Shown here piece after piece: positions 52,563 to 64,000 of a stretch of 64,000 nt of DNA (positions are counted from its first letter, which is position 1; each line of letters starts with the position of its first letter). Under the pieces are notes generated by a model. The model did no database searches, was not told the origin of the DNA, and saw only the letters and a list, made by a program, of their open reading frames with translations. This stretch comes from Azolla caroliniana (lineage: Eukaryota > Plantae > Polypodiophyta). The translations under genes were made by a program, and so were the position numbers. The stretch is from contig JBHGNT010000017.1 in NCBI GenBank assembly GCA_043228905.1, forward strand, positions 11,284,001 through 11,348,000, in the 5' to 3' direction.

Positions 52563-55500
52563 TGTAGAAAGTAACGTGCGGAAGCAAGTATGAAGACCGA
52601 ACAGAAGGAAGGAAACTCAGGTTTAATGGAGAGCTTGAGCTTACACGGTATCCGGGGGAGAGACAGAGAGAGTGAGAGAGAAGACACAAAAAACTATATT
52701 CAACAATAATACTCAGTCTGTACATAAGACGTGCTCAGTGAACACTTTTATACAAGCCCTAGAAGGACTAACCGAAGTATTGACAGTACTTCAATGCTCA
52801 TCAAGAGCTCCTACACTAACTCCCAAATATATTCCTCACGGAATATCTTTCCTAACGACCTCCCGGTTTACACACTCGGCCTAACCGATCGGTCCCAACC
52901 GATCCGGTCCTCGGCTTCTTCAGCCGAACCGGCCGATGTTGAGCTTGTCTCTCAACACTCCCCCTCAAGCTCAACTTGAGGCTCTTCGGGATCCTCGGGC
53001 TCACAGCTCCGGTTCCTCCTGGCTTCACGCCTCGCTCGCGCTCCTCGACCTGTTCAACTCCGCGCGCTTCGACCCTTCCGGTCGGCTTGTCTGCTCATGT
53101 GGCCCTTAGCTCTTCTGCTGTTGTGGTGTTGATGCTTCTCCTGCTGCCTTTTCTTCCGCTTGGGCCTCGGTTGATTCAGCGTGTCTGAATCAAACATCCG
53201 AACCGACTCGGCTACTTCCGATCGGTTTTCGCTCTCGTCCGAGTTGGCTGTCTCCAACTCGTCTTCGGTCTTCTTGTGCTCGATTGCGTCATCTCCCCCA
53301 TGCGTGGTTGGCTTCGGCTCTCTCCTTCGGCTGCTCCCCTTCTGTCCGCTTTCGAACTTTTCCGCGGGTCCGCCCTCGGCTTCTTCAGCCGATCCGATGT
53401 CGAAATCAACAACCGACTCGGTGTTGCGGTGTCCGCTCCTTTCCTGCTGCTTTGCTTGGTCGTTCGGGACTGTTCTCCCCCTCCAATTCGGCACGTCAAG
53501 GTGACGCAATCCGAGTGCACCTGAGAATTGCCGCAACTTGTCCAGACCAAGAGGCTTGGTGAAGATGTCGGCAGCCTGCCGATCCGTCGGAACGTATAGA
53601 AGTTCGACTTCACCGGAAAGGACACGCTCACGGACGAAATGGTAGTGCACCTCATTGTGCTTGGTTCGTGCGTGGAAGACGGGGTTCTTCGCGAGTTGGA
53701 TGCTACTGAGGTTGTCGCAGTAGATCGTTGTCGGATCTGACACCTCCTCATGCAGGTCCTTAAGTAACCGCTTCAACCATATGGCTTCGCATGTCGTGAC
53801 AACCGCTCCTCGGTACTCAGCTTCAGTGCTCGACAGTGCAACTGTCGACTGCTTCTTACTGCTCCACGCGATCGCGGCACTCCCGAGGGAGAACGCGTAT
53901 CCGGACGTGGATCGACGATCGGCGGCGTTGCCAACCCAATCAGCATTAGTGTAGCCGACTAACTGCGCGGCTGCACCGGTCCGATATAGCAGTCCGCGGT
54001 CCTTAGTGCCGCTTATGTACCGAAGTACGCGTTGCGCACACTAAAGGTGCTCCTCGGTAGGTCGCGCCATGAATTGACTGATCACTCCGACCGGATAACT
54101 AAGGTCGGGTCGGGTGATGGTCAAGTATATGAGGCTACCGACAATTTGTCGGAACCTCGTCGGGTCGCATACCTTTCCCGTATCGGGACGAAGCTTGACG
54201 GTTCTGTCTAGAGGAGTCGAGATGGACTTACAGTCGGCCATCCCGAGTTTGGAGAGCATACTCATCACGTAATGACGTTGGCTGATCAATATGCCTTTGG
54301 GGGTACAGATCACTTCGATCCCGAGGAAGTAATGAAGGTCCCCCAGATCCTTCATGTCGAACGATGCCGCAAGCTGTAGCTTCACGCGGTCGATTTCACC
54401 TAGGTCGGCGCCGGTGATGACCAAGTCATCAACATATAGTAAAATACTAACCGGTCCAAGTCGACCTTTCCGGATGAACAGGGAAGAGTCCGATTTTGAC
54501 GTGACGAAGCCCATCCGACGCAGTTGTTGCGTGATCTTCGCGTTCCAGGCACGCGGGGCTTGCTTAAGTCCATAAAGGGACTTCTTTAGTCGGCATACTG
54601 CCGAGGAGTTCGTTCCAGAGTGAAATCCTGGGGATTGTACCATGTACACCTGTTCCTCAAGGTCACCTTGCAGGAACGCATTCTTTACATCCATCTGATG
54701 TAAGTGCCACCCCTTGGCCGCGGCTACTACGAGCAAAACACGGACGGTCGTCATTTTCGCGACCGGCGCAAACGTCTCATCATAGTCGATGCCGTGTTTC
54801 TTCGCGTAGCCCTTTGCCACTAGCCGAGCCTTGTACCGGTTGACCGAGCCATCGGTGTTGTACTTGATGTTGTACACCCATCTATACCCGATCGGCTTCA
54901 CACCCTTCGGTGCGTCAACCAAGTCCCAGGTCTCGTTCTCCGCCAATGCGTGCATCTCTTCCTCCATCGCGGCGCGCCAATTTTCGTCCTTCGCCGCTTC
55001 TGCGTAGCTCTCCGGCTCACGCACTTCCGCTACACGGGTCATGTACGCATAATGATGCGCCATGTACTTGTTGTATCCGAATCGCAAACCAGGATTCTTC
55101 TGGTGGGTAGATCGGCGTAATCTCACATTAGCCGATGTTGAGGCCTTCTCGTTCGACGCAGACTTCACCTTTAAAGTCCCATCACCGGTTCCCTCGGAGT
55201 CGGACTCGCGTCGGCCTGACTCGTTCTTATCCGTGCCGGAATCCGACATCTTCTTCTTCCCTTTCTCTTTGCGCGTAAGCCGTCTCCTCGGCTTCCTGCG
55301 CGGGGAATGCACGGCCGAGTCTCCACTACTCGCTGGCTCTTCGTCGGACTGATCGTACCGACTCAGTCGTCCAATCGGTCCACTTAAGCGGAGTGAAATT
55401 GGACTCTCTTCGCGGGTCTCGATTTCTGGCTCATCCGGAGGCATCTCGGCCTCGCTGACCTCATCGTCAGAACACGAATTGGACCGGGGGCTTGTACCAA

Positions 55501-56899
55501 GACGCGGACTCGTCAACCACAACGTCGCGGCTAACACGCGCTTGTTTGGTGCGAGGGTTATAACACTTATAACCCTTCTGCTCATCCGAGTAACCGACCA
55601 AGATGCATTTCTCGGCCTTTGCGTCCAGCTTCCTTCTTTTCTCCTTCGGTACATGCACATACGCAATGCTACTGAACACCCTCAAGTGTCGTAAGTTCGG
55701 CTTCGTTCCGAAATATAGCTCGTGCGCTGACACTTTGTCTCCGATCTGGTTCTGGATGTATACCACGGTCCTTACCGCCTCGGCCCAGTAGAACTTGGGC
55801 AAGCTCTTCTCCTCCAGCATTGCCCGTGCCGCTTCCACAACTGACCGATTCTTTCTCTCAGCCACGCCGTTTTGCTCTGGCGTGTATCTACAATTGAATT
55901 CGCGGCAAATTCCCATTTGTTGTAGGTAACCGTTGAATTGACCGGAAAAGTACTCTTTCCCGCCATCCGACCGCAGGCACTTGATCTTTCGTCCCGTTTC
56001 GGCTTCCACGAACTCTTTGAGGTCCCGGAAATAGTTGAAGACTTCGGTCTTCCTCTCAATGAGGTAGATCCACGTGTGCCGCGTGTGGTCGTCGATGAAG
56101 GAGACGAAATATCGGCTCCCGCCAAGACTAACATTTTGTGCCGGCCCCCATACATCAGAGTGTATAAGGTCGAGCTTGTTCCGGCTCCGGTTTAGCTCGT
56201 TGGGGAAGGGAAGTCGGTGTTGCTTCCCGAGCTGGCAGGCTTAACAAATTTGTGCCTTTCGGCCACTAAATTTGGGCAATCCTAACACTACCTATTTCGA
56301 TTGCAGATCTTGAAGCCGCTGGTAGTTGACGTGGCCTATCCGCTTATGCCACAAGTCGATGTCCGACTCGGTTTTTCTTCCCTTCGCGAACATTGCGGTG
56401 CCGCCGTCAGANNNNNNNNNNNNNNNNNNNNNNNNNNNNNNNNNNNNNNNNNNNNNNNNNNNNNNNNNNNNNNNNNNNNNNNNNNNNNNNNNNNNNNNNN
56501 NNNNNNNNNNNGAACAAATTTGTGCCTTTCGGCCACTAAATTTGGGCAATCCTAACACTACCTATTTCGATTGCAGATCTTGAAGCCGCTGGTAGTTGAC
56601 GTGGCCTATCCGCTTATGCCACAAGTCGATGTCCGACTCGGTTTTTCTTCCCTTCGCGAACATTGCGGTGCCGCCGTCAGTGGAGTGGAGGATGAACATC
56701 CTCCCGTCTCTGCGCCCTTGCGCAATCACACGACCTTCTTCCTGAATGAAGCACCCGAGGTGTGTAAACCGAACCTCCATTCCTTGGTCGACGAACTGTC
56801 CGACCGAGACCAGGTTTTTCGTGATTGTCGGAACGTGCAACACGTTCATGAGTTTCCCTTTCTGTCCGACATGGCTAAGGGGAACTTCTCCGACACTCT
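52563..56899 (-). mobile_element. Copia arm H (3' LTR 52563-52957; INT-RT-RNase H), left arm of a large inverted structure
   Basis: ORFs 54041-55666 and 55467-56009; LTR ends TTCTACA on the - strand. Confidence 0.9.
56412..56511. other. Assembly gap (100 N) with about 170 bp duplicated on both sides
   Basis: N run; about 56243-56410 is repeated at about 56513-56680. Confidence 0.95.
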
Positions 56900-59800
56900 G
56901 ATGTATGGGGACCGGCACAAAACGTTAGTCTTGGCGGGAGCCGATATTTCGTCTCCTTCATCGACGACCACACGCGGCACACGTGGATCTACCTCATTGA
57001 GAGGAAGACCGAAGTCTTCGACTGTTTCTGGGACCTCAAAGGGTTCGTGGAAGCCGAAACGGGATGAAAGATCAAGTGCTTGCGGTCGGATGGTGGGAAA
57101 GAGTACTTTTCCGGTCAATTCAACGGTTATCTACAACAAATGGGAATTCGGCGCGAATTCAGTTGTAGATACACGCTAGAGCAGAACGGCGTGGCCGAGA
57201 GGAAGAATCGATCAGTTGTGGAAGCGGCACAGGCAATGCTGGAAGAGAAGAGCTTGCCCAAGTTCTACTAGGCCGAGGCGGTAAGGACCGCGGTATACAT
57301 CCAGAACCGGACCGGAGACAAAGTGTTAGCGCACGAGCTATATTTCGGAACGAAGCCGAACTTGCGACACTTGAGGGTGTTCGGTAGCATCGCGTATGTG
57401 CATATACCGAAGGAGAAAAGGAGGAAGCTGGACGCAAAGGCCGAGAAATGCATCTTGGTCGGTTACTCGGACGAGCAGAAGGGTTATAAGTGCTATAACC
57501 CTCGCACCAAACAAGCGCGTGTCAGCCGCGACGTTGTGTTTGACGAGTCCGCGTCTTGGTACCTGCCCCCGACTACGAACCTCGACTCCAATCTGAGCTC
57601 TGACGATGAGGTCAGCGAGGCCTCTGGATGAGCCCGAAATCGAGACCCGCGAAGAGAGTCCGATTTCACTCCGGTTAAGTGGACCGATTGGACGACTGAG
57701 TCGGTACGACCAGTCCGGTGAAGAGCCGGCGAGTAGTGGAGACTCGGCCGTGCTTTCCCCGCGCAGAAGCCGAGGAGACGGCTTACGCACAAAGAGAAAG
57801 GGAAGAAGAAGGTGTCGGATTCCGGCACGGAAAGGAACGAGTCAGATCGACGCGAGTCCAACATCGAGGGAATCGGTGACGGGACTTTAAAGGTGAAGAC
57901 TGCGTCGACTGAGAAGGCCTCGACATCGGCTAATGTGAGATTACGCCGATCTACCCGCTAGAAGAACCCAGTTCTGCGGTTCGGATACAACGAGTACATG
58001 GCGCATCATTATGCGTACATGACCCGTGTAGCGGAAGTGCGTGAGCCTGAGAGCTACGCGGAAGCGGTGAAGGACGCGAATTGGCGTGCCGCTATGGAGG
58101 AAGAGATGCACGCATTCGTGGAGAACGAGACCTGGGACCTGGTTGACGCACCGAAGGGTGTGAAGCCGATCGGGTGTAGATGGGTGTACAAAGTCAAGTA
58201 CAAATCCGATGGCTCGGTCAACCGGTACAAGGCTCGGCTAGTGGCAAAGGGCTACGCGCAGAAACACGGCATCGACTACGATGAGACGTTTGCGCCGGTC
58301 GCAAAAATGACGACCGTCCGTGTTTTGTTGGCAGTAGCTGCGGCGAAGGGGTGGCACTTTCATCAAATGGATGTAAAGAATGCGTTCCTGCAAGGTGACC
58401 TTGAGGAACAGGTGTACATGGTACAACCCCCCGGATTTCACTCCGGAACGAACTCCTCGGCAGTATGCCGACTGAAGAAGTCCCTTTACGGACTGAAGCA
58501 AGCCCCGCGTGCCTGGAATGCGAAGATCACGCAACAACTGCGTCGGATGGGGCTTCGTCACGTCAAAATCAGACTCTTCCCTGTTCATCCGGAAAGGTCG
58601 ACTCGGACCGGTTAGTATTTGACTATATGTTGATGACTTGGTCATCACCAACGCCAACCTAGGTGAACTCGACCGCGTAAAGCTCCAGCTTGCGGCATCG
58701 TTCGACATGAAGGATCTGGGGGACCTTCATTACTTCCTCGGGATCGAAGTGATCCGTACCCCCGAAGGCATATTGATCAGCCAACGTCATTACGTGCTGA
58801 GTATGCTCTTCAAACTCCGGATGGCTGACTGTAAGTCCATCTCGACTCCTCTAGACTGAACCGTGAAGCTTCGTCCTGATACGGGAAAGGTATGCGACCC
58901 GACGAGGTTCCGACAAATTGTCGGAAGCCTCATATACTTGACCATCACCCGACCCGACCTCAGTTATCCGGTCGGGGTGATCAGTCAGTTCATGGCGCGA
59001 CCTACCGAGGAGCACCTTCAGTGTGCGCAACGCGTACTTCGGTATGTAAGTGGCACTAAGGACCGAGGACTGCTATATCGGACCGGTGCAATCGTGCAGC
59101 TAGTCAGCTACACCAATGCTGATTGGGCTGGCAACGCCGCCGATCGCCGATCCACGTCTGTATACGCGTTCCCCCTCGGGAGTGCCGCGATCGCGTGGAG
59201 CAGTAAGAAGCAGCCGACAATTGCACTGTCGAGCACCGAAGTTGAGTACCGAGGAGCGGTTGTCGCGACATGCGAAGCCATATGGTTGAAGCGGCTACTT
59301 AAGGACTTGCATGAGGAGGTGTCAGATCTGACAACGATCTACTGCAACAACCTCAGTAGCATCCAACTCGCGAAGAGCCCCGTCTTCCACGCACGGACCA
59401 AGCACATTGGGGTGCACTACCATTTCGTCCGTGAGCGTGTCCTTTCCGGTGAAGTCGAACTTCTATACGTTCCGACGGATCGGCAGGCTGCCGACATCTT
59501 CACCAAGCCTCTTGGTCTGGACAAGTTGCGGCAATTCTCAAGTGCACTCGGATTGCGTCACCTTGACATGCCGAACTTGAGGGGGAGAACAGTCCCGAAC
59601 GACCAAGCAAAGCAGCAGGAAAGGAGCGGACACCGCGACACCGAGTTGGTTGTCGAGTTCGACATCGGATCGGCTGAAGAAGCCGAGGGCGGACCCGCGG
59701 AAAATTTGGAAGCAGACAGAAGGGGAGCAGTCGAAGGAGAGAGCCGAAGCCAACCACGCATAGGGGAGATGACGCCATTGAGGGCGAGAAGACCGAAGAC

Positions 59801-60490
59801 GAGTTGGAGACAGCCAACTCGGACGAGAGCGAAAACCGATCGGAGGTAGCCGAGTCGGTTCGGATGTTTGATTCAGACACGTTGAATCAACCGAGGCCCA
59901 AGCGGAAGAAAAGGTAGCAGGAGAAGCGTCGACACCGCAACAGCAGAAGAGCTGATAAGGGCCACATGAGCAGACAAGCCGACCGGAAGGGTCGAAGCGC
60001 GCGGAGTCGAACAGGTCGAGGAGTGCGAGCGAGGCGTGAAGCCAGGTGGAACCGGTGCTGTGAAGATTTCGAAGAGCCTCAAGTTGAGCTTGAGGGGGAG
60101 TGTTGAGAGACAAGCTCAACATCGGCCGGATCGGCTGAAGAAGCCGAGGACCGGATCGGTTGGGACCGATCGGTTAGGCCCAATGCATAAACCGGGAGGT
60201 CGTTAGGAAAGATATTCCGTGAGGAATATATTTGGGAGTTAGTGTAGGAGCTCTTGATGAGCATTGAAGTACTGTCAGAACTTCGGTCAATCCTTTTAGG
60301 ACTTGTATAAAAGTGCTCACTGAGCACGTCTTATGTACACAGAGATTGAGTATTATTGTGAAATATAGTTTTTTGTGTTCTCTCTCTCTGTCTCTCCTAC
60401 ATATACCGTGTAAGCCTAAGCTCTCCCTTGAACCTCAGTTTCCTTCCTCTGTTCTGTCTTCATACCTGCTTCCGCACGCTACTTTCTACA
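56893..60490 (+). mobile_element. Copia arm I (INT-RT-RNase H; 3' LTR 60101-60490), right arm of the inverted structure
   Basis: ORFs 57998-58615 and 58863-59849; PPT TGAGGGGGAG then TGTTGAG...TTCTACA. Confidence 0.9.
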
Positions 60491-61199
60491 CATATATACT
60501 TACACAACTTTTTGGCTATTTACATACCTAGCCCTCATGGGGCGCATATTGAGACTATTTACAAGTATAGTCTCCTGAGTTGGCTATATACACGATTCTG
60601 GTTTCGGCCGAGGATGTCATCAACTCGACTCCTCTCTCTCCCCATCCGGAGGGATCTGTTTCCTAACATCATCATTATTATTACCATAATAATAATAATA
60701 GTCAAATTCTCAAATAGTCGAATCATTGTTTTTGACCCTTTGACAATCGGCTTTCCGAACAATCGGCTCTTCCTCCCACTGGAGGGACATATTCCCAACA
60801 CGATCAACAACTTGTATTAAGTAGATAGGGTTATATTAATCAAAACGCGTGCATGGCGCAGTAAACGATTACAACCGGATCAGAACCAGTGATGGAGTGT
60901 AGAGCTTGTCAACTCCTCTTCTTCTCCTCTAGATGGTGTCCCTAAAATAGTCTGAGGTTGCCCCTTTTATAGCGCAAGGAGCGACTGTTACAAAAGCCTT
61001 TAAGACCTGTCACTATCCTCCCTAGATTCTCTCCTCGATTCGCTCTCCTCGTAACTCTGCCCCCTACACGATGTTAGAACTCCTATTAATGCCCTAACTA
61101 CCTAACACCCCTCATCCTACCAATACCTAGTATTTACATAGTTTAATTCAGTAGGGATGTGCACTTGTGCACACCCGTGTTCCCGTGTGTTTCACACCG

Positions 61200-62150
61200 T
61201 TTCCTCCTATGGCCCGGAATCTTCACGGCACCGTCACTCTCTCTTGGATCATTCGGTTGATCCATTTTGCCACTCCATTTTGCATGAGTGTGTAAGGAAC
61301 AGTTTTTTTATGCCTGATTCCTTCGTTAAACAAGTACCGCTTGAAGGCTCAAGAAGTATATTCACCGCCGTTGTCGGAATGGAGTGTCTTCATTTTGTGT
61401 CTTGACCGGTTCTCCGCTTCAATTAACCATCAAGAGAAGATCTTGAGTGCTTCGCGTTTCGACCTAATCGAATAGGCCCAGACCTTCCGTGTACAATCAA
61501 CGACGAATGTGATGAAGTACCGGGAACTACCTAGATATCTTTCGGGCATCGATCCACATATATCTCTGTGCACGAGCTCTAGGGGCTTACATACTATTGC
61601 ATAATCAAGGGAGTGTGGACTTCAGGTTTGTTTTTCATATTGACAATACTCGTAGAAGTCCATCTTTGCTTGGAGTTTCGGAATGTTGCGGACCACCATC
61701 AGTCGATCTAGGCCAGCTTGAGACATATGGTCGAGCCGGTCATACCATAGGTTTGGGTCAGACTTTCTAGCTACGTTATGAATTGATTGCCATCATTGGA
61801 TACAAATTGTTGTACTTGTGTTCGTTTCTAATTCATAGATTTCCTCGGCTGATCATCTGTGCCGACTCATTTAGAGTTGGTCATTCGGTACCCGTCTTCG
61901 GCTAGCATGCCGATGGAGACTAGAATCCTTTTAAGATCGGGTACATGCCGAGCTTGGTACTGGATCATCATGTTGCCATTCGGCAATAGGATGGGGACCT
62001 GTCCGATCCTTGCGATTCCACACTCTTGCCCATTTTCAAGTCGAACTGTGGTGCTAGCATCGGCCGAATAGTTCAAAAACCAATCGATGTTCGGGTTTAC
62101 GTGAAATGTGGCACCGGAGTCCAGCAACCACGTGTGCACTTCTTGCGCAC
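61200..62150 (-). mobile_element. Degenerate Copia PR-INT fragment
   Basis: WLLDSGATFHV followed by integrase-like remnants. Confidence 0.7.
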
Positions 62151-62159
62151 TCTAGATGA

Positions 62160-62857
62160 CTTCTCCGATCATCGAGTCCTCTAAAGAGAGGATCTAGGCA
62201 TTTCTATCAAGGATTTGATTCTCCTCTACTGCGACAACATGAGTAGTATTCACCTCGCTCAGAACCTAGTCTTCCATGCTCGAACTAAGCACATTGAGGT
62301 GCACTATCATTTAATCTAAGAACGTGTCCTGGCCGGAGATGTAGACCTGCAACACATCCGCACAAACCTACAGACGACCGACATCTTCACCAAGGCCCTA
62401 GGAGTCAGCTCCGACAGTTCACGAAGAACCTGGGTCTTTCGACCATCAACCGACCGATCTTGAGGGCGAGTAAGGACCCGCATGAGGGAACCGACCAATT
62501 GAAGCCAAACCTGGAGTCGACTCAAAGCTAACCCAAAGACCAATCCGACGACCGAAAGTTGTGTTTGAAGGGCATGTTGAGAATCAAACTCAACTTCCCG
62601 TGTGTGGGAACACACTCTAGGATACTCAAGTGTGTGATCACCCCATCTCCTTGTATCATAACTATTGTGTCATAGAAGTTAATATCCTATGACACATTTC
62701 TTTAGAGGAGTTAGGACTCGACCTCTTTCCCACGAGGCGGCTCTAGTGAGAGAACCTAGAGAGAAGGTGACTACATAAGCACCTTCTCCTTCTCTTTTAT
62801 AATTGTTGATCATTCTTGTTTTTTTGTTATACAATTTTTTGTTTTTCTGTAACCTTG

Positions 62858-62903
<46 letters not shown>

Positions 62904-62953
62904 ACACACACACATAGTTCTTCTGTTGCACAGAATCCATCCGATTCATTACA
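62160..62953 (+). mobile_element. Copia RNase H end + 3' LTR (62575-62953), related to the element E family
   Basis: YCDNMSSIHLA, TKHIEVHYH and DIFTKAL; LTR starts TGTTGAGAATCAA. Confidence 0.75.
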
Positions 62954-63400
62954 ACTTATAACCCTTTTGCTCATCCGAGTAGCCGACTAAGATACATTTC
63001 TTAGCTTTGGCGTCCAGGTTCCTCCGCATCTCCTTTCGCATGTGCACATGTGGCGACAGTTTTTCTCTAGTTGTAATTGTCCTATTCTGAAGGTACAACT
63101 CATGTGGTGACACATTTCCCGAAGTACAACACTTGTGGTGACACTTTTCCTCCACCTGCAAATGTCCTATTATGAAAGTACATGTCTGTTCTAACCGCTT
63201 TGGCCCATTCGAACTTGGGCATGTTGTTTTCCTTGAGCATTGCCCTTGCCGCTTCTTCGATTGTCCAGTTCTTCCTCTTAGCCATGCCATCTTGCAATGG
63301 CGTATATTTGTAAGAGAATTAATGTCGAATTCTTTCCTTCTGCAGATAACTAAAGAACTGGTCGAAAAAGTACTCTTTTCCACCATTAGGCCGGAACGGA
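62954..63400 (-). mobile_element. Copia integrase fragment
   Basis: QDGMAKRKN, WAKAVRT, LDAKAKKCILVGYSDEQKGYK. Confidence 0.75.
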
Positions 63401-63404
63401 GGAG

Positions 63405-63924
63405 CTAGATTTGGGAGATGGGCCCATGTGTGAAGGGGTACGCCATTTGAGGCCTACGCTCATAGTCTACTAGGTAGTTATGTTCCTAGGAGTTAGTGTC
63501 AATAGCTCAGTATGAGTATTTAAGCTCTTGTTAGTACTTTAGTCGGTTCTTTTAATGACTTGTATAAAAAGTGCTCTCTACCACATTGGTATGTATAGAG
63601 TATTGAGTATTTTTTGAAATAGACATTTGTGTTCTGCTCTCTCTTTCTATCTCTCCCACATACTCTCTTTCTATTTCCAAGCTTTCCATTACCCCTTCAT
63701 CTGTGTTCTGTTACTATCCAGTAGTAACCGGTCATGTCTGCAAACTTCCGCATGTAACTCTTTTCATGGTATCAGAGTGCGAGGGTTGAGGATCCTCTAT
63801 TGCCAACAAAGAGCTCAGACAAACCAAAACCTAACACCTGGTAAGAACAAAAAAAGAAGAGAGAAATGGACAGAAGCATGGCGAGCTCACTTCCCATCAA
63901 AAAGCTTTATTTGAACAATTACGT
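63405..63924 (+). mobile_element. Copia 5' LTR remnant, PBS (63767) and gag start, apparently interrupted at about 63925 by another element starting TGTCGCGG
   Basis: TTTTCA-TGGTATCAGAG; ATG GAC AGA AGC ATG GCG AGC matches the gag start of element G. Confidence 0.7.
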
Positions 63925-64000
63925 TGTCGCGGTTATCCACGAGTATGTGTTGAAACGGGTCGGGACCACCGGGGTCTCAGACCAAGGAGTTGGTGGGAGA

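Noticed and set aside
56243-56680. Biological tandem duplication around the N run
   Set aside because: Identical sequence on both sides of a 100-N gap indicates unmerged contig overlap.

Overview
Repeat-rich land-plant nuclear DNA, probably a fern (inferred from the Copia families, microsatellites and intron style; not proven). It has one host gene, an 11-exon TPR + C-terminal J-domain co-chaperone (about 23.7-36.7 kb), surrounded by nested and decayed Copia/Gypsy LTR elements, a LINE remnant and a 100-N gap. The standout is a 7.3-kb DNA transposon (1840-9177) with perfect 37-bp TIRs and a 5-bp TTCTA TSD. On the + strand it carries an internally deleted Sola-like DDD transposase with a BAH-like tail. 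Divergently on the - strand it carries a 6-exon spliced gene fusing a ParB/Srx-like domain to a bacterial-type beta-class N6-adenine/N4-cytosine DNA methyltransferase. The first intron of that gene holds about 10 copies of a palindrome. Secondary oddities: LTRs with embedded tRNA-like A/B-box cassettes, two Copia structures ending in U5 at both termini (one with an intact TSD), and a LINE ORF fused to a ribosomal P-protein tail. All assignments come from reading motifs by eye; no searches were run.
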